Both the position numbers and the translations under genes were made by a program. Shown piece by piece: positions 10,076 through 20,241 of a stretch of 64,000 nt of DNA; position 1 is the first letter of the stretch, and the number at the start of each line of letters is the position of its first letter. The notes below the pieces were generated by a model. That model worked only from the letters and a program-made list of their open reading frames with translations. It did no database searches and was not told where the DNA came from. This DNA comes from Heteronotia binoei (taxonomy: Eukaryota), in contig NC_083224.1 in assembly GCF_032191835.1 (NCBI RefSeq), forward strand, positions 91,202,001 to 91,266,000. Direction: 5' to 3'.

Positions 10076-10701
10076 GGTGGGATATAAATTCAATATCTTG
10101 AAATGATTGTTACAGCTATAATTTTTTTATTTTAGGAGCCTGCTCTGGGAACATCTGCCAGAGACATCCATTCTAAATAAATGAAATATCCAGTATTGTT
10201 CTCTTGGATAGAGATGGTATATTTTATATTACAAGGTCTTAGATACATTGGATGATTATAAAAAGAGCTTCCCATTTAGTAATTGATTAAAAAATCCACA
10301 AGTACGGTTGCTGGGTGATCACAAATTTCATTCTGAGGCTCAGCAGGGACAGTATGTATGTAAGTAACTAATTTTTGAAAAGTAGATGGCAACAGTGAGA
10401 GACTGCTTCTCTTTAGAAATGTGCCTGGCTGTATCACGTATGGATGCCATGTCTGCCTCATCATGTGTTAGAGAGGCTACTATGTAAAAAAAGGTGCCTG
10501 CCACTCCCTCTGTGTAAAATCCACCTGATGAGCATCTGGTGCTAACATGATCACTTATTTTCGGTGGAAATGATAATGCTCAGCTTTGCAGGATAGCAGA
10601 AACTACTGTTGGCCACCAATACGATCAGCCCAAATTTGTGGAATTTGTACAAGTTGTAATAATTTTCATGACAACAAAGGAGGAGGAGAGGAAGAGGAAG
10701 G

Positions 10702-10912
10702 AGATTAGATTTATACTCCACCCTTCACTTGGAGTCTCAGAGTGGCTTACAATCTCCTTCTGAGAGAGTTCTTTTGAGAGCTGCTCTTGAGAGAACTGCT
10801 GAGAACCTGTGGCTGACTTAAGGTCACACCAGCAGCTGCATGTGCAGGAGTGGGGAATCAAACCCAGTTCTCCCAGATTATAGTCCATGCACTTAACCAC
10901 TATACCAAACTG
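10702..10912 (-). mobile_element. tRNA-derived SINE (same family as 5178-5429)
   Basis: The reverse complement reads cagtttggtatagtggttaagtgcatggact...gggagaactgggtttgattccccactcct...ggagattgtaagccactctgagactcc...tataaat. Confidence 0.85.
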
Positions 10913-11075
10913 ATGCTGTGGTTCTCCAAATGGGAAGGAAACCTTCCAAAAGAAAAATAGGCAGTTGCTATTGCTCCTTCTAAGGGCTGTTATCGAGAAG
11001 ACCCAAGGAGTTCATGGTTGGAGCCTCCAAGCTCTTGGAAAGTAACAGGTCCACAGAGCCCATAGCAGACTGAGA

Positions 11076-11180
11076 TAGGGCTGCCAACTCCTACTTGGGA
11101 AATTCGTGGAGATTTGGGGTTGGAGCACAGAGAGGGCAGAGTTTGGGGAGAGAAGGGACTTCAATGGGGTATAATGCTGA
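11076..11180. repeat. MITE-like repeat copy (TAGGGTTGCCA family), truncated
   Basis: tagggctgccaactcc...gggaaattcgtggagatttgggg. Confidence 0.55.
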
Positions 11181-11221
11181 TCTATTGTTACTCAACGTAT
11201 TTATTTCTTTTTTGCATTTTT

Positions 11222-11400
11222 GTGTGCATCTGGAAGTCAGGGCGATCTCTGGTGACTGACCCCTCCTGGAGGTGGCTGAATAAATCCTGCCCCTGTCTCC
11301 GGTATTCCAAGACGGTCTCCCATCTAATTGCCAGAGCTGAGCCTGCCTAGTGTCCGAGCTCTGACGAGATCGTGCTTGCCTGGGTTATCCAGGTCTTACT
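11222..11400 (-). mobile_element. 5S rRNA-derived SINE (5S-Sauria-like)
   Basis: The minus strand reads gacctggataacccaggcaagcacgatctcgtcagagctcgga...ttagatgggagaccgtcttggaataccgg (5S head with box-C-like ATGGGAGACC), followed by a non-5S tail ending gacttccagatgcacac; sibling at 34698-34903. Confidence 0.75.
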
Positions 11401-11775
11401 CAGTTGTAAATCCGTACTTTAAAAAAAGCTGATCAGGTTTCCATTTCTGTTTTGGGGGGAGTGGAGTTGTGACGGTTAAATACGTTGCCCCTGCGCCGAC
11501 AACATCCTGGATTTCGCCGCTGCTTCCTATATACCTCTGTTACTTATCACCACACCAATTAAAAAGGGGGGGGGTGTAACCCCTCCCTCTCCCCAAGTCT
11601 CTTCTCCAAACAAAGGAATTGTTAGAGGCGCTAATGCTTTTCTTAAAAGTCTGAGGACGTTAATTTACCAGTACTGCATCTCCCGGGGTACAATGCGCCT
11701 ACGGAACCTTACGCGACTAGCGAATGCCGTTCTTGTTTTGACTCTAAGACTACGCTACGCAGAGATGCGTGCGTA

Positions 11776-11796
11776 GACTACGTTTCCCAGAGTGCA
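11776..11796 (+). promoter_or_regulatory. ZNF143 (SBS / ACTACA-TCCCAG) type motif
   Basis: GACTACGTTTCCCAGAGTGCA resembles the ACTACAnnTCCCAnnATGC motif of housekeeping promoters; about 150 nt upstream of the ATG. Confidence 0.65.
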
Positions 11797-11827
11797 GTTG
11801 GATCTGCGCTGTTTGGGCGTTGAGAGA

Positions 11828-11834
11828 CGGAAGT
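11828..11834 (+). promoter_or_regulatory. ETS/GABP-type site
   Basis: CGGAAGT in the proximal promoter or 5'UTR. Confidence 0.5.
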
Positions 11835-11941
11835 AGGTAGGTTTCCGTTGCCTCCCTTTCCACCCCGACCCCCCGCTTGTTCTCCTGCGGCCGTTGAGGA
11901 GAGCGAGAGGTGCCGTTCGCCTCTCTCGTTCTGTTGCCGCG

Positions 11942-12059
11942 ATGGGCTGTACCTTGAGCGCCGAGGACAAGGCGGCCGCCGAGCGGAGCCGCATGATAGA
12001 CCGGAACCTGCGTGAGGACGGCGAGAAGGCGGCCAAGGAGGTGAAGCTGCTGCTGCTCG
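11942..12059 (+). CDS. GNAI3: Guanine nucleotide-binding protein G(i) subunit alpha-3, exon 1
   Basis: [40 protein letters not shown]; 118 nt; GT donor at 12060. The AAKEVK residues match GNAI3 rather than GNAI1/2 (AAREVK). Confidence 0.97.
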
Positions 12060-13346
12060 GTAAGAAGAAAGAGGTGGCGGCTGACGGGAAGGGTGGGGCC
12101 GGGGCCTGCCACACGAACTCTTCCCGGCTGAGAGGCAGGCGGCGAGGTTAAGGATGGCCTGGCTTGCTCAGGGTGAGGCCGCCTGCGCCTCTGCCCGCCC
12201 AAGCGCTGCTTCGGTCAGCTGGCTCCGGGATCAGGGCACGTCCCGCGGCTTAGTCACACGTAGGCGTCTGCGTCGGCTCTGTCTAAGATTGCCTTGTTGA
12301 TTCGCGGTTCTTGTCCTAGGCGATCAGGTTGTTTTGAAACACGTCGTTGCGGTAGCTGTCTCCCGTGCTAGGCCGCTTAAAGTATTCTGCAGGGCTTTGG
12401 GGACAGCCTCCAGACCTCCTTTTCCTCCCTCCTCAGTCTTTCGCAGTAAAAGTAAGCTCAGTGGCAAAAAGAGGATTGTTTGTTTTTAAATTATGTTTGC
12501 CTTTTGAAGTAATCTGAACAACGTAAGGATTTTCTCTTGAGAAGACCCCGAACAGTCTGATTATAAGCCCCAATCTGTTGCTGACGACCCATCAATAGTG
12601 CGTGCAGTTAAGTTTGTAGATAAGGACAGTTCTGTGTTTCTATTAAAAATCTTCTCCAGGTTTCAGTTTGCTGTAATACACTACTTTGGGGGATTTCTGT
12701 AGTATGCATGTGTAGGCTGTGCTCACTACCGTTGTTTGCTTTTCCTATAGATGCATTCGAAGGCCTTGTACCTACATGCAGAGAAAGAAGGGGGCAGCAT
12801 GCTGTCCTGGTCGAATAAACTGAACCACTTAAGAGTTCGTTCTTCTCATTCTGCTATGGGAGAGGAAAGTACCAGGAGACAGACCAATTCTTCACTAGCG
12901 TTGTTCTGCCCCTCTCCCCCCCCCCCCCTCGCAAACAATTTATTTCCCACCAGTTGCTCTGTGGGTGCATTTTGACATGGGCTCCTTCCATTTCCCTGTG
13001 CAGCATTGTAATCCTTAAAAGACAGCAATCACAAAACTATGTGGGGAACTGGAGAGAGCCCTGTATGTCAAAAGTGGAGCAACTGGTGGGAAATCGATTG
13101 CTGTGGAAACAGAAACCTGGGGACGGAACATCGCTAGTGAGAAATCAGTCTGAGTCTCTTATACATTCCACAACAGTTAACAATTAAAGAACAGGGAAAA
13201 AAACGAATTAGTTCTGAGTTATTTATCTTGGTTGCTTTTCATTGGCAGTGGGCAAGCCTGTATTCTGATAGTGATATCTGTGGTTGTACTTGTTTTTCCC
13301 CAGGAGCAGTAGATAAGTGTAAGATAGATAGATTGTAAGGCTACCG

Positions 13347-13358
13347 CAAGATGGCGGC
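13347..13358 (+). promoter_or_regulatory. YY1-type motif at the putative LINE 5' end
   Basis: CAAGATGGCGGC matches the YY1 consensus; such sites occur at LINE internal promoters. Confidence 0.6.
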
Positions 13359-14666
13359 GACGGCAAGAGCTTGGGTGCTAGAGCTCCCTTAAACATCCCC
13401 AGAAACAACTAAAAACAACTGGTTTGCACGTTAAAACATCAAGTGCAACCAACAAGGTATCCCACCTGGAGCAGGAGAGACTGGTGTGAGTGCCGAGGGT
13501 CCCGCGGAGCTGCCGGAGCTGCTGTCGGCTTGCGGGGCGAGGCGAGGCCTGGGAGCGAGTGCGGAGGAAGCTGAGACGCCGGGCTGGGCTGCGCTAGCCG
13601 CGCCGCCAGCCGGGTGAAGCCGGCCAGCGAGAGGAGTGGCCGACGGGCGGAGAGAGTGGAGTGGAGTGGAGAACGGAGCAGAGCAGCTGGGACGCCCACG
13701 CCCAACATAGCTAGCGGCGTGTGGTGGACGAGCGGAGAGATCGAGCGGAGAGGCCGGACGAGGGAGAGTACAGAGGCAGGCGAGCGGCTGGAGACCTTCG
13801 CAATCACGCGACGCGAGCGCTGAGTGAGGGCGCGGCCGGGGCGACTGACAGCGGCGATAGGGGCTGCTACCAACGGAGGGAAGCCTGAGGTGGCGGCCCC
13901 GAGGCCACTAGTCATTTCAGTGGATTGTGGGTCCCTGACTGGACTGGTCAATTTCCATAAGAAGACCTGTGGAGCCCTGAAGCGCGACTGGGAAGCACGG
14001 GGGGGGTTTACCTCCCTGGGCCTGCCGGATTGTGCCAGGGGTATTGGCCGAGAACTCATGGACCCGATCACATATTACATTCCACCCCGACTGCTGTCCT
14101 AGTGTAGCACACGCTATGCTATAAACTCGATGCCTGCACTCATCCTCGCACTTTATCCACCCAGCACCTTAGCACTTACTCAAGCACTTTACCTATTTTA
14201 CCTGCTCAGCACTTACCCAGCACTTAATACAGACCACTAATTGGAAACTTCACTATTATTAATATTAATTAATTAACTGGATTTTTAGCCGATTGATTAG
14301 TAATTTGAAATTATTTATATATTTATTTTGGACTGTATATTTTGTTAAATTTTTAGCTCATTAACTGGGAAGATTGTTAGGGTATTATTTTGTTAGTGAT
14401 GCTAGAATTGAAGTTATTAGGTTTTTAACTAATCAATTGAGGGAGTATTGTGGGAGGGCTTTCCATATTAATTAATTAAACTAGGGAATAGGTAGTGGGT
14501 CTGTAATTGGGAGACCAGAGTGGCTGGTGGGGTGCGAATCAACTGTAGGTTGGGAGAACCTGGTGGGGGGGGGGGTGAAGCTGTCCAGTACTAGTATACC
14601 ACTATAACTAGTATAACCAGATACCAGCCTTGATAGTGGTCTTATTGCAGCTGCTGCCAACGAGGA

Positions 14667-17642
14667 ATGGCCGGCTCAGGGATTCCAGTGCTCCTGGGGA
14701 GGGGGAGGTATGGCGGTGGGAGCAGATATTATAAGGGAGGAAGACAGAGACAAGTCGGTGCTCGGCCCCCCTCCAATCTGCGGCCCATCCCAAGGGTGAC
14801 AGGTAGTAGGGCCAGGAGTAACCCGCCTCCGTCATTGGTGTTATGCAACGCCAGGTCCATTAACAATAAGACCTCAATTCTCCGAGAGTTTATGCTCGAG
14901 CAGAATATGGACCTGGCTTGCGTGACTGAGACCTGGATCCGGGAGGGTGATACAGTAGCCCTCTCGCAAACAGCTCCCCCAGGTTACTCAGTCTTCCACC
15001 AATCGCGGACTAGTGGGCGGGGGGGAGGAGTGGCAATATTTGCACGGGAGGCTTACTCCTTCAGGGCGCTCCCGGCCCCAAAGATTGAGGGCATTGAATG
15101 TGCCGGTCTGGCGTGGGGGGATGAAGAGGGGTTGGCGATTTGGCTGGTGTACCGTACGCCTAACGCACCGGCCAACGCCTTACCGTCCCTGCTCGAGGCG
15201 GCGACAGGCTGGGCGCTGGAGCACCCAAGGCTGATAATCCTGGGTGACTTCAACGTCCATGCTGATGACCCGTCCTCCAGTCAGGCGACGGACCTAGTGT
15301 CTTCCATGGCGACACTGGGACTCTCTCAATTTGTTGTAACCCCCACTCACCAGGCCGGACACATGTTAGACCTGATCTTCGCGGCCGGGATTGTAGTGAG
15401 CGACATAACCGCAGAGGTAGTGCCATGGTCGGATCACTTCGCTCTCAAGGCCCGTGTAAATATGCCCCCCCAAACCTGTTTAGGTGAGGAGCCGATTATG
15501 GCTCGCCCGCGGAGCCAAATGGACCCGGAACGGTTCCAGATGGCTCTACGGGACCCCTGGCCCTCTGGCGATTCCCTCGATGGCCTGATTGAGACCTGGA
15601 ATAGCCGGCTCTCTAGGGCCATCGAGGAAATCGCACCTCGGCGCCCTCTGCGACCTCGGACTAAGCTGGCTCCGTGGTATACCCCGGAATTACGCCAGCT
15701 GAAACAAGGCCTTAGACGGCTAGAGAGGCAATGGCGACGTACTCGTGACGAGGCGATTAGAACATCTTACAGGAAGTTTATGAAGTCCTATGAGATGGCA
15801 ATCAAGGCCGCAAAGAAAACATACTTTGCGGCTAAGATTGCATCCGCAAATTCGCGCCCAGCCCAATTATTCAGAATAATTCGGAATCTGACTACATTGC
15901 CTCAAGGCAATTCAAAAGCTAAGGAATTGGAGATTGGCTGTGAGGCTTTTGCAAAATTCTTTGCGGATAAGGTCCAATCGCTCCGCCAGGACTGCCCCGC
16001 CAATTTTGAGGCAGTAAGTGGACTCGAAACCCAATGCGTGTCTTCTGAGTTAACTCTGGATTGCTTCGACCCGCTCAGCTTGGAGGAAGTCGACAGAATT
16101 CTTGGCACTGCACGATCCACAACTTGTGATCTGGACCCATGCCCCTCCTGGCTAATTAAGGCCTGCCAGGAGGAATTAAGATATCCTATACGGGATATTA
16201 TAAATCGATCCCTTTCAGAAGGCGTTTTTCCAACACCCCTGAAAGAGGCATTGGTCCGCCCTCTCCTGAAAAAACCGTCATCAGACCCGGCCGAATTGGC
16301 ACACTACCGGCCGGTCTCAAACTTGCCCTTTTTGGGCAAAATTATCGAGAGGGCTGTGGCGGTGCAGTTACAGGAATTTCTGGAGGACGCTTCCGTCCTA
16401 GACCCATGCCAGTCCGGCTTCCGCCCGGGCCATGGGACGGAAACAGTCCTGGTCGCCCTCATGGATGACCTCCGACGACAACTGGATCGAGGCGGCTCGG
16501 CGGTATTGCTGTTGCTAGACCTATCGGCTGCGTTCGATATGGTCGACCATCAGCTGCTGACCCGCCGCCTCGCCGACGCAGGAATTCGGGGGCTAGCCTT
16601 ACAGTGGCTCTCCTCCTTTCTTGATGGTCGGGGACAAAGGGTGGCAATTGGGGGGGAGCTGTCTCAGAGATACCCACTTCATTGTGGTGTGCCTCAGGGG
16701 GCAGTTCTCTCCCCGATGTTGTTTAACATCTTTATGCGCCCCCTTGCCCAGATTGCACGGAGGTATGGGCTGGGTTGTCATCAATACGCAGATGACACCC
16801 AGCTCTATCTATTGATGGACGGCCGGGCTGGCGATGTCCCTACAAATTTGGACCGGGCATTACAAGCCGTGGCTGACTGGCTCAGGCTGAGCGGGCTGAA
16901 GTTGAATCCGGCGAAGACTGAGGTCCTTTGCGTGGGCCGCGGCGGACCGGGAGGGGAGATCACTTTACCGGCCTTTGACGGTGCGCCACTGGTACCAGTG
17001 CGCAAAGTCAAGAGCCTGGGAGTGCTACTGGAATCCTCTTTATCAATGGAGGCCCAGGTAGCCGCCACTGCTAGATCCGCCTTCTTTCACCTTAAGAGGG
17101 CGAGGCAGTTGGCTCCCTTCTTGGAGCGCACCGACCTAGCAACTGTGATCCACGCAACGGTCACTTCGAGATTGGACTACTGCAATGCCCTCTACATGGG
17201 GCTGCCCCTATACCGAACACGGAGACTTCAGGTAGTCCAGAACGCGGCGGCCAGGCTACTGGAGGGACTACCACGGTGGGAACCTGCGCGGCCTGGGCTG
17301 CGGGATCTGCATTGGCTGCCGGTTGTCTACCGTGTTCGCTATAAGGTGCTGGTCATCACCTTTAAAGCCCTATATGGCCGAGGACCTGCCTACCTAAAGG
17401 ACCGCCTCTCCCCATATGTGCCCCAGAGAGCGCTGAGATCCGGTTCTCAGAACTTACTAACAATCCCTGGGCCAAGAGAAGCTAGGTTGAAGGCTACCAG
17501 GGAGCAGGCCTTCTCAGTGATAGCCCCTCGTTGGTGGAACGACCTTCCTGAGATGGTGCGAGCCCTGCGGGACCTGAACCAGTTCCGCAGGGCTTGCAAA
17601 ACATTTCTTTTCCAGCTGGCTTTTGAGATAGAACTTGACTAA
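14667..17642 (+). CDS. L2 ORF2: APE endonuclease plus reverse transcriptase, 991 aa, uninterrupted
   Basis: EN motifs NARSINNK, VTETW, GDFN, DLIF, SDH; RT motifs YRPVSNL, QSGFR, LDLSAAFD, GVPQG, YADD; L2-type C-terminus SRLDYCNAL...LHWLPV. Confidence 0.95.
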   Translation: MAGSGIPVLLGRGRYGGGSRYYKGGRQRQVGARPPSNLRPIPRVTGSRARSNPPPSLVLCNARSINNKTSILREFMLEQNMDLACVTETWIREGDTVALSQTAPPGYSVFHQSRTSGRGGGVAIFAREAYSFRALPAPKIEGIECAGLAWGDEEGLAIWLVYRTPNAPANALPSLLEAATGWALEHPRLIILGDFNVHADDPSSSQATDLVSSMATLGLSQFVVTPTHQAGHMLDLIFAAGIVVSDITAEVVPWSDHFALKARVNMPPQTCLGEEPIMARPRSQMDPERFQMALRDPWPSGDSLDGLIETWNSRLSRAIEEIAPRRPLRPRTKLAPWYTPELRQLKQGLRRLERQWRRTRDEAIRTSYRKFMKSYEMAIKAAKKTYFAAKIASANSRPAQLFRIIRNLTTLPQGNSKAKELEIGCEAFAKFFADKVQSLRQDCPANFEAVSGLETQCVSSELTLDCFDPLSLEEVDRILGTARSTTCDLDPCPSWLIKACQEELRYPIRDIINRSLSEGVFPTPLKEALVRPLLKKPSSDPAELAHYRPVSNLPFLGKIIERAVAVQLQEFLEDASVLDPCQSGFRPGHGTETVLVALMDDLRRQLDRGGSAVLLLLDLSAAFDMVDHQLLTRRLADAGIRGLALQWLSSFLDGRGQRVAIGGELSQRYPLHCGVPQGAVLSPMLFNIFMRPLAQIARRYGLGCHQYADDTQLYLLMDGRAGDVPTNLDRALQAVADWLRLSGLKLNPAKTEVLCVGRGGPGGEITLPAFDGAPLVPVRKVKSLGVLLESSLSMEAQVAATARSAFFHLKRARQLAPFLERTDLATVIHATVTSRLDYCNALYMGLPLYRTRRLQVVQNAAARLLEGLPRWEPARPGLRDLHWLPVVYRVRYKVLVITFKALYGRGPAYLKDRLSPYVPQRALRSGSQNLLTIPGPREARLKATREQAFSVIAPRWWNDLPEMVRALRDLNQFRRACKTFLFQLAFEIELD

Positions 17643-19799
17643 TCCAACGAATGGACATCTAGCCATCTTGCGTACACTATGATACAGTATTTTAGCACCA
17701 TTTTATATATTTTAACTATTTTAAATAATTTATTTGTGACTGATATATTTAAAACTGTTTATCTTGTTTTATGTGAATCATGGGATCCCCATGTCTGTTA
17801 GCCGCCCTGAGCCCGCCTGGCGGGGAGGGCGGGATATAAAAATAAAATATTATTATTATTATTATTATTATTATTGTGAGTGCTGAGTAAAAGAAAGCAT
17901 TTGTCATGGAATTTGAAACTAAGGGATTCAACAGCGAATTGTTAATCACAAATGGTGGGAAACAGTTTTAACAAAAACAACTAGCAAGACGAGACCATCA
18001 GATGACAGGTGTAGAAGGAACATTGAAGGAAGACAGGAAACTGCAGAAAAACTAATGAAGAGTTTTACTAATGAATGTTACTAGTGGACATCTATCCTCA
18101 GTCTATCTGAGAATATCCATGCCTGAACTTTTTTTCTTGCAGTGCTGATAATGGTGCCATATTTTAAAGATCACAAAAACTGAAGTATTAGAACTGATTG
18201 ACAAAAAGGTGACCAGAGTTGGATGTGTGGCTGAACTGAGCATGAGTTGGAAAACTGAGGGGCAAGTCTTATTATGGGGGTCAGGAATACTAGAGATAAA
18301 AGTTTGATTTTCACAGGGTTGGAGAGACATGAAATTATCAAGCCTGTGGACTGATTCAGACGGATGTATGGGAAAGTGGCTTAATTCAGAGGGGTGTATG
18401 GGGAAGTTATGGAATAGGAGATGCGTTCAGGATGGATTTTTAAAGTAGATAGCTTTTAATGTAATAGCTGGTATCAAGACATTAGGATATATTTGAGAAT
18501 AGCATCTTTTAGTTAGGTTGCAGGGCCAATTATACCTGACTGAATTTGTTCTTTTGTGCCAAAACTTAATCCTTCAGTATCCAGATTGGCTGACCATTAT
18601 CTTCCACGATTAAGGTGATTCATTTTGGCGTACTCTCATGGTTAATCCAACCTCCTTTGCTTTGAGAGCACACATCCTGCAATGGAGGCTCACATAGTCC
18701 CTTAATTTAACAACTCTTTAGGAAGTGCGGACCAGACCTTTGTAAAGATAGCAAGGCAGGTGGACTGGTTAAGGACAAAAAAGTATAGTGAATGGGGTCA
18801 CAAAACAGAGACAGAATAGTCATAGTAACAGATGGTCGTCTTCACTGAGTTGTTAAGAGTTCAAATGTAAAATGTTTGGCTCTTAAAAAAAAACTATTTG
18901 TAAATATTATAAGAAAAATAAAATGCATACTTTAGGTTTTATCACTAGAATTGGTGTCCTGACCAGGTTTTTAAAAGTTTTTTTTTTTTTTACTAAATCC
19001 TCAGAGTCTTTTCAGGAAACAGGAATTGTAAGACAAGAGATCATCTTATGGAATAATGGAATAAAAAGCAGGAAACTGAAAATAAGAATACACTTAAGTT
19101 CTCATAATGGAGGGGCTGTAAATAGGGGAGACTCTTAACTGTTTCGTTTTGCTTAAAACTGAGGAGGAAAGGGGAAGAATTGTTCACAGGTTATGGCAAG
19201 TTACACAGTAGAAATATGGTCTACTGAAAAAGTTTAGTGCTGAGGAAGTGAAAAAACAAAGTTATGAATGGTTTTTAAAAGGGATTAATTTCTTATGTGC
19301 AAATTTAGAAAACTATATGCTCTTCAAGTTTTTCTGTACCCACAAGCTCATAGACATACTTTAGAGCTGCAAAGTATGGCTTTTGTGGTATGATGGAAGA
19401 CCAGGGTACATCAATTTATCAATGATGGTTAGCCAGAATAACAGAACCTCCATGGATGGCAATAAAGAGAATGGCTACCACCTACCTCCCCTATGTGGTA
19501 GCTTACCTGACGCATCTGATTACCCACTATTCACTATTGGTTGTAGAATGCTGGGTCAATTTGCCTGGTCCACAGAAGTTGTACTCACAGAGATACTGCA
19601 ATTTTTATTTTATTTTATTGCATTTATACCCCACCCTCCCCTAACGGGCTCAGGGCAATAATGAGGAAAGTATAGGAATAAAAAGTTACACAATCAGTAA
19701 TGGACCATTTTTAGAAAGCCAAGTAGTAGCTAGAATACTGGATGTTGATTTGCATAGCCTGGGTTCATATTCTTCTGCAGCTGATACCTCTAACTGGCT

Positions 19800-19858
19800 C
19801 AATGTAATCTACATGATATCAATGTAATCTACATGATATCAATGTAATCTACATGATA
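19800..19858 (+). repeat. 20-bp tandem repeat x3 at the CR1 5' junction
   Basis: caatgtaatctacatgatat repeated three times, merging into the CR1 sequence acatgatagaggtttacaag. Confidence 0.95.
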
Positions 19859-20241
19859 GAGGTTTACAAGATAATGCATGGGATGGAGAAAGTAGAGAAA
19901 GAGGTACTTTTCTCCCTTTCTCACAATACAAGAACTCGTGGGCATTCGATGAAGTTGCTGAGCAGACAGGTTAAAACGGATAAAAGGAAGTACTTCTTCA
20001 CCCAAAGGGTGATTAACATGTGGAATTCACTGCCACAGGAGGTGGTGGCGGCCACAAGCATGGCCATCTTCAAGAGTGGTTTAGATAAAAATATGGAGCA
20101 GAGGTACATCAATGGCTATTAGCCACAGTGTGTGTGTGTGTATATATAAAATTTTTTTGGCCACTGTGTGACACAGAGTGTTGGACTGGATGGACCATTG
20201 GCCTGATCCAACATGGCTTCTCTTATGTTCTTATGTTCTTA
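19851..20241 (+). mobile_element. 5'-truncated CR1 LINE
   Basis: ORF2 C-terminus MIEVYKIMHG...TRGHSMKL...FFTQRVINMWNSLP; ends in (TTCTTATG)n. Confidence 0.92.

Larger units (their letters stand above)
11470..12380 (+). promoter_or_regulatory. GNAI3: CpG-island promoter region of GNAI3 (boundaries approximate)
   Basis: High CpG density around exon 1, in contrast to CpG-depleted flanks. Confidence 0.8.
13340..17872 (+). mobile_element. Apparently full-length L2-clade LINE (5' boundary tentative)
   Basis: CpG-rich leader starting near CAAGATGGCGGC, intact EN-RT ORF, 3' stem-loop tail gccgccctgagcc...gggcgggatataaa and a (TAT)n tail; possible TSD attgtaag (13332-13339) / attgtgag (17873-17880). 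Confidence 0.8.

Noticed and set aside
11289-11395. 5S rRNA gene
   Set aside because: Too diverged, 5' end replaced, continues into a SINE tail, and not in a tandem array; annotated as a 5S-derived SINE.
11750-12202. 150-aa antisense ORF over GNAI3 exon 1 (also 11755-12114 and 11894-12151)
   Set aside because: By-products of the GC-rich CpG island; 11894-12151 is exon 1 read from a non-ATG start into intron 1.
13439-14071. 210-aa minus-strand ORF in the L2 leader
   Set aside because: Low-complexity Pro/Ala/Arg/Ser translation of GC-rich DNA; no domain motif.
13824-14102. Candidate L2 ORF1 (92 aa)
   Set aside because: Starts at GTG, is too short, and has no RRM, zinc-finger or esterase signature.
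19800-19858. CRISPR-like repeat array
   Set aside because: Head-to-tail repeats with no spacers, eukaryotic context and no cas genes.
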